A stretch of DNA of 63,392 bases, filler included, from Octopus bimaculoides (GCF_001194135.2; 3 parts of 3 records of this genome joined end to end with filler, not necessarily neighbours in it); one strand, 5' to 3'. Counted from the first letter of the whole stretch, positions 10,964 through 24,723 are shown. Made by a program: numbers and translations. Notes: generated by a model from the sequence alone, not told the origin.

Positions 10964-11448
10964 CTTCACTCATTTATTACTGTTATTTTATTATTTTAAA
11001 GCCTGTCCATTGTCCAGAAATCTTTTGTTACATATCTATGACCTCTTCAGTGACATTTTGTGTTTCCATGTGTGTTCTTGCTCCACTTACTTCATTCTGT
11101 TCTTCTAAGATGTATATCCTTATGGGCGCATGCGTTTGTGTCCTTGTTTGTATGTGTGTGCATGCATGTGTGTGTGTCATAGTTTGTAGCAGCAGTGTCA
11201 CCTTCTCCTCAGCCCCAAACTCTCAACCCATTGTGCTACTGCTGTCCTAAGACCCAAGAAAAAAAAAAAAAAAGAATTACTTGGATTAGGTGCAGGCATG
11301 GCTGTGTGGTAAGTTGTTTGCTTACCAACCATATGGTTCTGGGCTCAGTCCCACTGTGTGGCACCTTGGGCATGTGTCTTCTACTATAGCCTGGGACCAA
11401 CCAAAGCCTTATGAGTGGATTTGGTAGAGGGAAACTGAAAGAAGCTTG

Positions 11449-11481
<33 letters not shown>

Positions 11482-12596
11482 TGTGTGTGTTTGTCCCCCC
11501 ACCATCGCTTGACAGCTGATGCTGGTGTGTTTACGTCCTCGTAACTTAGCAGTTCGGCAAAAGAGACTGATATTTGTTTGACTAAAGGCGGTGCTCCAGC
11601 AGGGCCACGGTCAGATGACTGAAACAAATAGAAGAATAGAAGAATTACTTTAATCCTAGTACTTGACTGGTACTTTATCATATTGACTCCAGGGTAATGA
11701 AAGGCGAAGTTGACCCTTACAGAATTTGAACACTGTATTTAAGAATCTAGATAAAAATTCTGAGATCAATATAATCAACTGTTCTCTTCTCTGAACAATT
11801 TGTGGTTTTATTCCAAAGGCAGAAATCATTACTATTTAAAAATGTTAAAATCTAGAGAAATCTACAAACATTTTACTGCAATGTGGTTTTATACAAATAT
11901 AATACTGTTGTGATTTACATGGAACATTTACCTGACTGCGTTGTAGTTTCTATTTTTGCTCTTACACAAAGGTCTTCTGTCTTTTGTTGCACAATTGGAT
12001 TACCTTAAAAAAAAATGGTTTACTGATATTTTATTCTGATAAATTAATCCATTTTCAAAACACTTTGAAGGAGATTTGGCTGCTAATTATAGCTAGTTAA
12101 GTAAGCATGTAAAAATAAAAGATCACCTATATATGCAAGGAGCAGTTTGTTGCTACAACAAATACCAACCCTCGAAGCTATTATTTCAAAAGCTTACCTC
12201 CATATTCACAGGCATACATAGACAACTTATAACACTAATACACTCTAATTCTTAAAACATTATCTCTGCCAATCAGTCCAGTCAAACATAAAAAAATGCC
12301 CACATACACACAGAAATAGCTGCAATATCAGCAGCCACACTTGCCTCAAGCATTGTGCTGAGACATCTACCACCAATGAAAAGAGTTAAGAAACTGCAAT
12401 TGCCAAGGTTTGAGCTATTCTACATTGACTATCTGTTCCATGGTCTTCACTAGAACTTATTGGTTTAAAATTTTGGTATAAGGCCAGCAAGTTCAGGGAT
12501 GTAGGTAATGCCATTAAGCATTTTGTGCAGTATGCTAACAATTTTGACAGTTTTCAGCCTTACAACTACTAGAACTTATTGACACATAGAAATAGA

Positions 12597-12825
12597 CAGG
12601 ACAGCGGCAGAAACGTTAGCACACTGGGCAAAATGCTAAGCGGTATTTCGTCTGTCTTTACGTTCTGAGTTCAAATTCCGCCAAGGTCGACTTTGCCTTT
12701 CATCCTTTCGGGGTTGATAAATTAAGTACCAGTTACACACTGGGGTTGATGTAATCGACTTAATCTGTTTGTCTGTCCTTGTTTGTCTCCTCTATGCTTA
12801 GCCTCTTGTGGGCAATAAAGAAATA
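12597..12825 (+). mobile_element. Well-preserved family B SINE
   Basis: Full head-core-tail. Other copies at about 9620-10075(-, two), 17140-17360(-), 19340-19555(+), 41005-41400(+, two), 43470-43580 and 57610-58070(-, two). Confidence 0.9.
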
Positions 12826-13497
12826 TGTAATAGACAGGACAGAAGGAGAACACAGCAAGCCTCATCTATTACACTGTGCTCTATGTGATCCAACACTGCT
12901 TGTCAGTGTGTGCAGTATTACGGTTTCTCAGCTCAATGGAAATGTGATATAGGTGGAAAACAAATAAATGAGTCATCTTGAGTCATTCAAACATTTACTT
13001 ATTGAAATTAAACAACTGAACACAGCTGTTTGGATGCTGACGATTTGGTACAGTTGGTTGAACATTCAGCAAGTTTTGATGACTACTTTTTGGTGTTGGA
13101 GACAAACACATGCACATATATGCATGTGTGCATGTACACTTGCACACATATACATGTGTGCATGTACACATGAACTATACCTGTTGCTAAGGGGTTGCCT
13201 TGAATGGCATCGCTCCCTCACTATTCAATGGTGTCCCCTCAGATTTACAGTGATATACTTATCTCAAAACTCCACTTTAGCATTATAACAAATTAATGCC
13301 CACCCAGAATATTTTGAAGCACCTCCAGCCACCAAAGTTTGGCACACACACATGCATGCACACACACACACATATATATATATATAAATAGTGAAAGAGG
13401 GAGAAAAGAGGGAGAGAGAAGCATTTCAATTTATTAATTGAACATGATTGACATAAATATTCCCTCTTCTCATACACATAAAGAGAAATAGGCATAC

Positions 13498-13541
<44 letters not shown>

Positions 13542-14742
13542 AGCAAGTGAGAAAGAGAGGCAGGAAAAAAAGAGTAGAGTGAATAGAAATACTAACATAT
13601 ATGTGGTGTCAAAATGGCTGTGCCAAAAGCCTCATATCCATTATTTAAATGCCATGAAATTGGTTTACTCAGTCAGAATGTACAACACAGAAACAGAGAA
13701 TAACAGAGCAACACAATAACAGCAACAAGGACATTTCTTAATGTATTCAGTCTTAAGTATTTTAACATTCAAATCATCACTTTAAAAATATGATTAAAAG
13801 TTTTATAACTTACAGGGTATAAAAAGTGACGCTGATCGCATGATGTCGGTCTGGTGAATGTGTTCTCTCCTTATCTGAAATGATTCAAGAAAATTGATAT
13901 CAATTAATAGACGCATTTTACTCCCCTTGTCACTGTGACTGTCAAAAATGTAGTGAATCAGTCTTTTGGAAACCTGTAACGAATGTAGTTTAGTCCAACC
14001 CATGCCAGCATGGAAGATGGACTCTAAAAGATAGTGATGATAATGATCCTGATGATGGTGGTGGTGGTGGTAGTGGTGGTGAGGAAGACAATGATGATGA
14101 TTATGATGATGAATAAAATAAAAATACAAAAAAAAAAGCTTGCCTAATAGACTTTTAGCCCTTGCCTAAAATGTGTGACTTTGTATCTACGACAGACACT
14201 ATTATTAGTCGTCTGGGGGATAACAGGATCAGTAGAGTGTCAAGCTAAATGCAGTGGTGCATTTAGTAAGTGCATAAAGGAGCATAGATCTTTTACATTC
14301 TGAGTTCAAATTCCTCTAAAGTTGACTCTGACTTATGTCCTTTTGGTGTCAATAAAATAAGTTCTGGGGATTAATCAAAATGTGGGTAGAGAATTGTGCC
14401 TATATTAAAAATGAATTGTAGTTTCAACTGTATACAGGTTTGACCTGTTTAGGGTGTGAGACCATGGGTCGAATGAATGAGGAAAAGTCAAGGGTTGAGA
14501 GAGTGAAACTCAAATATGAAGCAACGCTCTAACTGGAATCAGCTTGAACCTTTTATTAGTTTAATTATTGTATTTTGTTCACAAAATAACTGCAAGTTGT
14601 AATGTATAAACAAACCAGAAAAGGAAACATTAATTATTGAAAGTTTGTGACAAAGGGTAAAATTTGGCGGTAGAGAATTGAGGATCCTTTGTGATTCTTA
14701 TAATTAAAACAACTAAAGCAACTGAATGGTATATAAACCAAC

Positions 14743-14786
14743 CTCCTTTGCAGGGCACAAAACCTACACTGGAAAGAGCGTGCCAC
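14743..14786 (-). CDS. IL-17-receptor-like gene, candidate small ectodomain exon (WHALSSVGFVPCKG)
   Basis: tttcttgtcAG acceptor and GTTGGT donor. 44 nt, phase 2-1, compatible with the TM exon. Confidence 0.55.
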
Positions 14787-14827
14787 CTGACAAGAAATGT
14801 TTGGAAAGCTGCAGCCAATATCTATGT

Positions 14828-15040
14828 ATCATCATCATCATCGTTTAACGTCCGCTTTCCATGCTAGCATGGGTTGGACGATATGACTGAGGACTGGTGA
14901 ACCGGATGGCTGCGCCAGGCTCCAATCTGATCTGGCAGAGTTTCTACAGCTGGATGCCCTTCTTAACGCCAACCACTCCGCGAGTGTAGTGGGTGCTTTT
15001 ACGTGCCACCGGCACAAGGGCTAGTCACGTGGTACTGGCC
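14828..15040 (-). mobile_element. 3'-end-like repeat with (GAT)n tail (RTE-associated)
   Basis: Starts at (CAT)n then cgtttaacgtccgctttccatgctagcatgggttggac. Related pieces at about 13990-14050, 23630-23900 and 26885-26990. Confidence 0.55.
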
Positions 15041-15759
15041 ATCAGAAATGATTGTAATTAGCTGGTCACTGTTTATGAACAGACAGAGAAATCATTTCAT
15101 CTCTCCTCCTTTGGAGGCCAACAAGAAGAGACTTCTCGAGAAAAAAACTTCCTAGATGTCATTGTATGTGACTCAGGAATTTCCTTCAATCAATTGTGAT
15201 GAATAATCAAAAGGCATGGAAGGTGACCGTTACTGTGAACCTCGATTTGTTGAGATTGGTTGTTCAAACAAGTTGAAGGATGATGATGATGATGGTGATG
15301 AAACAACTAAATAGTTACCATGATGGTGGTAGTGGTGATGGTGGTTGGAGGTGGTGTTTGGTGATGGTGGATCTCCATTGTTTGACGAGAAAGAGTCAGT
15401 TGCTCAATAAAGTGAATTACCTGCTCCTGAATTATGGTGTAAGCAATTTAGTATTCCACGGATGTATGCACCTTTAATGTAATTGTCAGGTAGAATCAGT
15501 GTGACACAGTTTGTGATAAGGTCAAATCTTTTGAATTATTAGTGCGATCCCTCAGAAAAGCTTCTATGCAATTTCTCTCTTGAAGTTGTAGAAAATGATG
15601 CTTGTCTAAGATACCACACAGTGGGATTGAATTCCATACTCCATATTTGCAAAGCAAACTTCTTAACCATTTGGCCATAATGTGCCTATGAAGTTGCAGT
15701 ACAGTAGGTATTATCATCATCATCATCGTTTAACGCCTGTTTTACCAAGTAAAGTTATG

Positions 15760-16207
15760 CAAGAGGATGGAAAAATAACAATACTCTGGGACTATGATTT
15801 TTAGACAGATCATGTAATCGAACACTGTTGGTTGGATATTGTCATATTGAATAAGAGAGACAAATACTCTCAGATCATTGATGTAACCATATCAAATGAT
15901 ATGAATTTTGTGAGTAAAGCGGTTGAAAAAATCATCAAGTGTTCAAATTTAAAGTGGAAGTGACAAGACTGTATGGAATGCGAGAGAGTAATGTAAAAGT
16001 GATACCAGTGGTGATTGGAATATTGGGCTCAATCCCATTGAAACTTCAAGACTTCTTCACTGGAAATCCCATGCAAGATTGATGTCCTGTAAAAAACAGC
16101 CTTATTGGGCACAGCACACATCTTAAGGAAAGTATTATCTGTCTGAGGTCTTTGTTGTGACTTGACTAAAGACTCCAGTGCATTTTTACTTACACTGTGT
16201 TACGAAG

Positions 16208-16252
<45 letters not shown>
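15760..16252 (+). mobile_element. Older degenerate R4/Dong-like LINE 3' end with (TAA)n tail
   Basis: Broken reading shows LWDYDF, DIVILNKRDKYSQIIDV and TALLGTAHILRKVL, homologous to the 700-1145 region. Confidence 0.75.
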
Positions 16253-16253
<1 letters not shown>

Positions 16254-17830
16254 TTTTTTATTATAGGAACAAGGCCCCTGGAATTTATGGGGAGGGGATA
16301 GTTGATTACAATGACCCCCAATGTTTCACTGCTACTTAGTTTATTGACCCCGGGATGATGAAAGGCAAAGTTGACTATGGAAGCATTTGAACGTAGAACA
16401 TAAAGAGCTGAATGAAATAAATAATAATACTATCAAGAGCTTAACCCATCTGTTTGATAAATATAGCAAACCTTGACCCTTTCCTTCTGTTACATTAAAG
16501 ACAGATTCATCCATGCTTAAGCATCAAATTGAAATTCTAGCAGTAATCGATAAATTCAAATGCTAAAGATTAAACCTCTGTACAATAGGTTGATGAATTT
16601 GTAACACAGCTTCTAATTTTCTTTGCCTTTAGACATCAAAATCATCATTGTTAATTGATTTCACCTTAGTAACCATTAACTCTGTCAACGGCTATTGTTA
16701 GTACTAGTCTTGTCAAATAGTCTCAATACTCTATCTTGATATTTTCTCAAGCAAATATTTTCCTCGTAATTCCTTTGCAGTACATAGCTGTGTAGTTAAG
16801 AAGCTGACTTAACAACCATACAATCACAGGTATTTGACTGCACTTTGTAACACCTTAAGTAGGTGTTATCTGCCTTAGCTTCCCATTGACCCATGATTTA
16901 GAGGTGGTATTTGATAGAAAGTAAGGAAGTCCACAGTAAAATAGTGTTGAAATATATCAAAAGGTAACTTGATCCAATAATTGAAGTCAATCAATGAACA
17001 GAAAAGAAAACTTTATGAAAAATACTTATCTTCTTCCTCTACAATCCTGAAGTCTTTTAAACTCACAACTCTGCAGTACTACATGTCTGATTCAGTTATA
17101 AACTTCTTAATTGATATAACATCTTATAATCCTTATGTAATAATAATGGTTTCAAATTTTAGAACAAGGCCAGTAATCTCAGAGAGCAGGTAAGTTAATT
17201 ACATCAAGTCCAGTGTTCAACTGGTACTCATTTTTATAAACCCTGAAAGGGGGAAAGGTAAAGTTGATCCCAGTAGAATTTGAACCAGGAACGTGAAGAT
17301 AGGCAAATGCTGCTCATCATTTTGCCCAGTATGATAACAATTCTGTCAGCTCACCACCAGCTCACCAACAGCTCAGTTCTGTTAGGCTCTAACAGCAGCT
17401 AAGAATTTATTCATGTAATCAAGGGGTCTTCAGAAATTCCATCAGTTTGCCAGCAAGTAAAGTATAGAATGTTTCAGGATCACACAAATTTCAATTGGAG
17501 TTTGAGGAGTTTCCTTTTTGTATTCATGAAATCATGTTTCATTACCTGATCTCACTTCTGGTGCATCGCCCACTATGCTTCACTTTCTGAACAAATGAAC
17601 CTATATCTTTCACAAGACTCAAAGTAAGTATTTCCTTTTGGTCAGATATTCATTGGGCCAAGGCACAACAGCCTGTGGATGAATCACCATTTAAAAAACA
17701 TAGGCACTCCAACCTTTTAGGAGTTGCACCATCACAACCCATTTCTAGGTGAGATCAATCTTCCTTATTGTCATCTTGTCTGTGGTCCTATTCATGCGAA
17801 AGTCTGAATCAAATTGGAGCCCAAAATGAC

Positions 17831-17886
17831 CAGCATGGATTTGTCTCTTCAAGTGCCGAGTTAATTCTTATTCTAAGCTTTTTAAT
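17831..17886 (-). CDS. IL-17-receptor-like gene, weak candidate exon (IKKLRIRINSALEETNPC-W)
   Basis: Good acceptor after a 62-nt GTAAGA...TTTCAG intron. Phase 0-2 closes the reading chain, but the donor (GTCATT) is poor. Confidence 0.3.
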
Positions 17887-17948
17887 CTGAAATATAAATA
17901 CTGCATTAAAATAAAACAATTTAAGAAAAAAGAGTTTGAATATCTTAC

Positions 17949-18026
17949 ATTTACATAATAATAATAGCCACATTGGAAACATTTAGATTTGAATTGCATG
18001 TGGATCATTTGTGCTTCTTGGTTGGT
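17949..18026 (-). CDS. IL-17-receptor-like gene, candidate ectodomain exon (TNQEAQMIHMQFKSKCFQCGYYYYVN)
   Basis: Strong tttttcttatttttcAG acceptor and GTAAGA donor. 78 nt, phase 0-0. Confidence 0.45.
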
Positions 18027-20064
18027 CTGAAAAATAAGAAAAATTGGGTAGAAAATAAAAATGTTTTGGGATACTTTTATATGAATAAAATAATTTCAAA
18101 TTATAATTTCAGTATTTAGATATCTAAGAAGATGGCACTGATGGTAGAAAATCAGAAGAACTGCATTGTGGTACGTAGTTCATTAATGTCTAAATGGTTA
18201 TTCTTTATATTATTGTGAGTGATTCCTACCAAAGTCATCTTTGCTTTTCAGCCTTCCAGAATTGATAAAATAAAATACCAACGAAGTACTGGGGAAGATA
18301 CAGTCAGTTGTTCTCTCACCCCAAATGTGTGGCTTTGTGCATATGTACAACAATTAAAGGGCTTTGAGGTTGGAGCAGATTGTACAAAACTTGACTAGTT
18401 GCTTTGCTGTATGAAATTCAGTGCCTTACATTTCTGAGTGTGGATTTTTCCAGCCATAGGTTTCATCTCTTGTTTCTTTATGAGTCACTTAAATAATACC
18501 AGTAAGAAAGGAGAAGGTGCATAGATCAGTGGCTAAGGTATTCAGTTTATGATTGTAAGGTTCACAGTATAATTCCCAGCGTCACATTGTGTCCTTGAGC
18601 AAGACACTTTATCTTTTGTTGTTCCAGTTCACTCAGCTGGCAAAAATATGCCGTGTCTGTGAATCACACTCTGTTATGTTGAATCTCCCTGAGAACTATG
18701 TCAAGGATACGCATGTTTGTGGAGCACTCAGCCACATGCACATTAATTCCATGAGTAGGCTGTCCCATTGATTGTATCAACTGGAACACTTAATGTCATA
18801 ACCAATGGAGTACCAAGACAAGTGAAATACTTACTAGATCAGATTCAAATGATTACAGTTCATTTTCTTACAAAAAAATTTGTAAGTCAAGTGAAATTTA
18901 TTTCTACATCTGAAGTTAAAATGAATTTCAAAAAATACTCTACAAAACTAACCAATAGCATTTAATTACTGGGAGCATTTGATTAGTAAAATCATTAGAA
19001 TAGTAGAGAAATGCTTTGTGGTAATTGCTATGGATTGTATTCTGAGTTCAAATTCTGCCAAGGTCAACTTTGTCATTAATTCATCTTGGGTTGATAAATA
19101 AAGTATTAGCAAAATGTTGGGATCAAGTCTTCTATTTCACTCTCTATTTTTCTCTCAGAATCAGCTAAGCTCTGCTGTGAGAGAATCAAGTAAGGTCCAC
19201 TCACAGTGTCCCTTGTCTATAGACATAGAGGAACATTGAAATAGGGATTGATTAGTAGCTTCTTCTCATTTTGCTTTTTATAAAAACCATCCAAAGAAAC
19301 CAAGTAACATTGGGTGGCATATTTTATAAAGCAGAAGGTGGCAAGCTAGCAGGATCATTAGCATGTCAGGCAAAATGCTTAGCAGTATTTTGTCTGCCAC
19401 TACGTTCAGAGTTCAAATTCTGCTGAAGTTGACTTTGTCTTTCATCCTTTCAGGGTCGATAAATTACATACCAATAAAACACTCAGGTCGATGTCATCGA
19501 CTAGTCCCCTCCCTACAAATTTCAGGCCTTGTGCCTTTAATAGAAAGGATATTCTATAAAGTAGAAAGCAATTAAAAAACTTTCATCACTGACATTGGTT
19601 TGAGTTAGAGAAGAAAAGAAAACAGTTTCAATCTCTTGTTGGAATCTTTCCACTTTCAGAAACTCAAGAAAAACAGTAACATACTGCTTTAAATGTCTCA
19701 CAATATCTTTTTTCATCCTTCTGTGCTCTGAGTTCAAATTCTGCTGGTACTGAGTTCACTTTTCTTTTTTTTTTCTCCCACTGGGGTCTTGCCTGGAAAA
19801 TATTCAGGCTTTCCACCAGCTGTTGACTCTCACCAGTCTGCAAAGATAATGAGCACTGCTGCTCCTTCTCAGACAAAGTAATTAAATGTTTGTTTTTTTT
19901 TTTTTAAATAAGGCAAGAAGTTTGCTTCCCAATAACATGGTTTTAGGTTCAGTCCTACTGTTTGGCACCTTGGGCAAGTGTCTTCAACTGTAGTCTTAGG
20001 CTGACCAAAGCCTTGTGAGCAGCTTTCCTAGTCGGGAGCTTAAAGAAGCCTATCGTATGTTTGT

Positions 20065-20295
20065 TATTTCTTTATTGCCCACAAGGGACTAAATATATAG
20101 GGGACAAACAAGGACAGACAAAGGGGTTAAGTCGATTACATCGACCCCAGTGCGTAACTAGTACTTAATTTATCGACCTCGAAAGGATGAAAGGCAAAGT
20201 CGACCTCAGCGGAATTTGAACTCAGAATGTAGCAACAGACGAAATACCGGTGAGCATTTCGCCCGGCATGCTAACGTTTCTGCCAGCTCACCAAC
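20065..20295 (-). mobile_element. Well-preserved family B SINE
   Basis: Reverse complement of the 12597-12825 sequence. Confidence 0.9.
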
Positions 20296-20330
20296 CTATC
20301 GTATGTTTGTGTGTATATATACGTGTGTGC

Positions 20331-20378
<48 letters not shown>

Positions 20379-20709
20379 CTTTGTTCCCCACCACCATTTG
20401 ACAACCAGTGTTGGTTCGTTTGCATCCTTATAATTAGAGGTTTGGCAATAGAGGCTGACAGAATAAGTACCAGGTTTTAAAACAAAATAAGAACTGGGGT
20501 TGATTCATTCAAATAAAGTTCTTCAAATCTGTGCCCCAGCATGGCCACAGTCTAATGACTGGGACAAGTAAAAGGTAAAGGAACAGTAATATGTTGGGGG
20601 TTAATTCATCTAAATCTATCACTTCTCTACAATTCCATCCTTGTGCTGAAAAGATAAACTGTACCCTACATATGAGAAGAAACCCTTATCAGAAAATTAC
20701 CATACTTAC

Positions 20710-20867
20710 CAAATTTACTGAGTCATTGCATAATATTTTTAATGTAAGATCCCCTTGGAGTGTTACAAATACAGTGTATAGTCTTGTCTCTTCATTAAGA
20801 TGTGTAAAATTAATATTTACATAGTCATCCACTTTGTTACATGTGACTGAAAAATTTCTGGGGGGAA
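20710..20867 (-). CDS. IL-17-receptor-like gene, FnIII-like ectodomain exon
   Basis: ttttAG acceptor and GTAAGT donor. 158 nt, phase 1-0. Encodes PPRNFSVTCNKVDDYVNINFTHLNEETRLYTVFVTLQGDLTLKILCNDSVNL, with N-glycosylation sequons. Confidence 0.75.
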
Positions 20868-21025
20868 CTAAAAGAAAGAGAAAAAAATACATGAATATTA
20901 AATATTTTTGAGTTGTACTTGTTTGTCAGTGTCTTCACCTGAGATCACATGTTGAAACAATCACTTAGATCTCTGTAGAAGCAAGATGTACACAAACCAT
21001 TATATTGATCTTTGTAACATCGTTA

Positions 21026-22295
21026 TATTGGGTTGGCAAGAAAGTAATTTCGTTTTTCACAAATAGATACAATTACAATTTTTTAGAATGACTTTTATGA
21101 ATGTTATGGTTTTTTCCTTTGGACATTTGATAGCCATTACTTCTAGCCTATTTCAGTAGTAAATTGCACGTAATTTTGTTTACAACCGTTAGTTCAGAGT
21201 CAATTTTAACATGGAGTGCATAAATGAACGTTTTTGCCATATTTTGCTTTTTTATTTCCATAAAGGCAAGAAAGCTGCTGAGACTCTCAAAGAGATATGT
21301 AAAGTTTATGATGTTGATTACTTAACAGAACGCACATGTCAGTAATGGTTTAAAAAATTCTGTTCTGGAGATTTTTCACTCAAAGATGACCAACATTCTG
21401 GTCACCCTACTGAAGTTGATGGTGACTGAACTGAATCTGATTGTCATATAACTGTGCGAGAGAATATAGAAAGGTTAGATATATCACACGCAACAATTGA
21501 AGATTACTTAAAATATCTTGGACTTGTTAAAAAGCTTGATATTGGGTTCCACATAAATTGAAAGAGATTTGCTTAACTGCTTAACACAACAAATCAATAT
21601 TTGCTATATGCATCTCAAACGCAATGAAATTGACCTGTTTTTTAAACGAATCATCACTGGTGATGAAAAACATCAACTGAAAACGATCATGATTCAAGTG
21701 TAATGAACCAGCACAAACCATATCGAAAGCTGAATTGCATCAAAAATAGGTTATGCTGTCAATTTGGTGGGATTACAAAGGCATTGTGTGTTTTGAGCTG
21801 CTTCCAAGGAACCAAACAACCAATTCAGATGTTTACTGTCAACAACTAATGAAACTGGAAGAAGCAATCAAAGAAAAACAGCCATAACTGGCAAACCGTA
21901 AAGGAATCATGTTTCACCATAATAACCCTAGACCACACATACATATCTTTGCTAACTCGTGAAAAATTATTGGAGCTTGGTTCGGAAGTGTCACATCCAC
22001 CATATAGCCCTGATCTTGCACCATCAGGTTACCGTTTATTTTAAAGTTTGCAAAATTCTTTGAATACTAAAGCTTTCAATAATGATGATGACATGAAATC
22101 ACACTTGCTTCAGTTTTTGACTGATAAGGACCAGAAGTTCTATGAGCGCTGAATTATGAAGTTGCCAGAAAGATGGCCAAAAGGTCATCAAACACAATGG
22201 AAAATATATAATTGATTAAAGTTCATTGTTTGTATGAAAAAGATGACTTTTACTTCAGACTAAAAAACCAAAATTACTTTCTTATCAACCCAATA
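21026..22295 (+). mobile_element. Full-length decayed mariner element
   Basis: TIRs TATTGGGTTGGCAAGAAAGTAATT and AATTACTTTCTTATCAACCCAATA with flanking TA. About 1.27 kb. Disrupted transposase shows WFKKFCSGDFSLKD, ITGDEK, FHHNNPRPH and HPPYSPDLAPS. Confidence 0.92.
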
Positions 22296-22405
22296 TATTA
22301 CAAAGGGGTGCTGAAAAAGAGTAAAAGAGTAAAAGAATACAGCCAATTAGCCAACTTTACAATCTCCTAATATACTAATGAGTGTAGTGTTTTTGTATAT
22401 TTGTG

Positions 22406-22486
<81 letters not shown>

Positions 22487-22829
22487 AGAAGCATACCGGA
22501 TGTGGAGGAGGAGAGAAAATTAGTAATTCAGTGAAGGAGAAGTAGTGAGAGTAATAGCCCTGACTGAGAGTGAGTGGGAGAAAGTAATAGCAGTGAGAGA
22601 AAGGAAGGGGTGATAAATGAATAAGGAAGGAAGGGGTTTTAAAAAAATCAGTGTTTCAATTCTGTGTGAGTATATGTGTGTATGTGTGTGTGTGTACAAG
22701 GGAAGAATGTGAATGTCTGTCTGTGTGATTATTATGTACCATATTTTGTAACTTATTTGTATATCAAATATTACAATTAGTCATCATTATTGACAGCATG
22801 TGGTCAGCTAGTAACAATAATATTGATAC

Positions 22830-23270
22830 ATGTTTTTTTTATTGCTCACAGAGGCTTCATCTCATAAATACAAAACATGTTAAACAAGAAAGATTACAAA
22901 ACATGGAGTACACACACACACACACAAAATAGATTAATAAGTAAACTGAAAAGAGACAAAAAGATAACACAACATAAAAAAATAATAGACTGAAAACATG
23001 AAGATATGTAGCAATATAAAAAACAAAAATAAGCACACAGGATGGGAGCCATTACATAAGAAGAGATAGAACACTAAGACATTTTGGGACCATTTGTGCT
23101 CTGGCTTACTGTTCTCTTCTGCTTGTAATGTTTCAGCAGAATTCTAGGAACGGCCCTTCCCTAAGTAGCGGTTTCAGCACTTCAGCCTGTATCTTCATCA
23201 AATTTGTTGGTTGTACAGTCTACAGCCTCATTCTCCACGTCAATGAATAGGACAGTGCATGTATGTTTTT
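22830..23270 (-). mobile_element. Possible old L1/Tx1-type 3' end remnant
   Basis: Layout (A-rich UTR mirror, KIQAEVL..-like residual frame) parallels 62510-62900. Confidence 0.3.
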
Positions 23271-23466
23271 AATGGCTACAATGATTATGCATAAATGCAA
23301 TCATTCAAAAATACATCAAATTATCATCATCATCATCATCATCATCCAGTGTTTTAAATCCAGGTTTTGTCCCTGGATTTAAAACACTGGATTACCTCAA
23401 TGCCATAGCAACCGCCCTCACACCATCTCGCTATCTTATGAAATTTAATAAGAGGTTATCACTTAC

Positions 23467-23527
23467 TTTGAACAGCTGATGGAAAACAATAAATAGTTCC
23501 TGTATTAAAGATTTTTCCCAAAAGTAT
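23467..23527 (-). CDS. IL-17-receptor-like gene, ectodomain exon (ILLGKIFNTGTIYCFPSAVQ)
   Basis: ttctatcattatAG acceptor and GTAAGT donor. 61 nt, phase 0-1, linking exons 24357-24428 and 20710-20867 in frame. Confidence 0.75.
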
Positions 23528-24105
23528 CTATAATGATAGAAAAAGAAACAAACAATAAAATTCAATGAGTATGATAGATTTATTAGTTAATTTCAGGACA
23601 TATCATCATCATCATTGTTGTCATCATTATCATCATCATTATTTAATGTATGTTTTTCATGCTGACATAGGATGGACGATTTGATGAGATCCAATGAACT
23701 GGAGAACCGCATCAAGTTAAAATGTCTGCATTGGCATAGTTTCGGTGGCTGGATGCTCTTCCTAATGCTAATAACTTTGCAGAAAGTACTGGCTGTTATT
23801 TTTGTGGCACCAGCACTAGTGAGGTCACTGTGTATCTCACAAAACAAAGAAAAGGATCCTGCCGACCACCATTAACCAAATGAGGGTGTCGTAAAGAGGG
23901 AGGTGGCTTCATGTAGGGTATTGAGAAGCTTAAATAGATAGGTGCAGGAGTGGCTGTGTGGTAAGTGGCTTGCTTCCCAACCACATGGTTCTGGGTTCAG
24001 TCCCACTGCATGCCACCTTGGGCAAATGCCTTCTATTATAACCTTGGACTGAACAAAGCCTTGTGATTGGATTTAGTAGATAGAAACTGAAAGAAGCCCA
24101 TCATA

Positions 24106-24138
<33 letters not shown>

Positions 24139-24356
24139 CTGTGTTTGTCGCCATCACCATCGCTTGACACAACTGATGTTGGTGTATTTACGTCCCTTGT
24201 AACTTAGCGATTCGGCAAAATAGACTGATAGAATAAGTACTAGGCTTACAAAGAATAAGTCCTGGGGTTGATTTGTTCGACTAAAGGTGGTGCTCCAGTA
24301 TGGCCACAGTCAATTTACTGAAACGAATAAAAGAATAAAACAATATGAAATATTAC

Positions 24357-24428
24357 CTTTACATCGTATTTTTGTGAAGGTTTCAGTTTAGATGAATTGA
24401 CTTGAACTGTGGCTTCATGATTTGGTGA
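24357..24428 (-). CDS. IL-17-receptor-like gene, FnIII-like ectodomain exon (SPNHEATVQVNSSKLKPSQKYDVK)
   Basis: tttttgttttcacAG acceptor and GTAATA donor. 72 nt, phase 0-0. LKPSQKYDV matches the FnIII L-x-P-x-T-x-Y-x-V signature. Confidence 0.78.
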
Positions 24429-24723
24429 CTGTGAAAACAAAAAGAGAAATATGGTTACTTCATTTCTCACTTTAATTCTAAAAGATAAACATCATTAATG
24501 CATGGACTCCTCATATTATGTATGTTAAACAGTGCTATTACTCTTCTCACATAACTCTGCAGCCTTTGCTGGAGTCAATTTGGTTTTTCCCATCTTTTGA
24601 ATTGGTGAAAAAAAAATAATTAAACTGGTCCCAATTAATGAGATCTGTTTAACTTATTATATCCAACCTACTCTTGTGCCCAAATTATGAAATATTTCCT
24701 TTTTATACTATTGTTTACCATGC

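Noticed and set aside
12194-12380. Minus-strand segment with an AG-GTAAGC donor and a signal-peptide-like frame (WLLILQLFLCVCG)
   Set aside because: No in-frame Met, stops on both sides, and it lies mid-gene.
20623-20645. 23-nt candidate micro-exon (HKDGIVE)
   Set aside because: Weak GTGATA donor and only a 64-nt intron; mentioned only as part of a speculative isoform.
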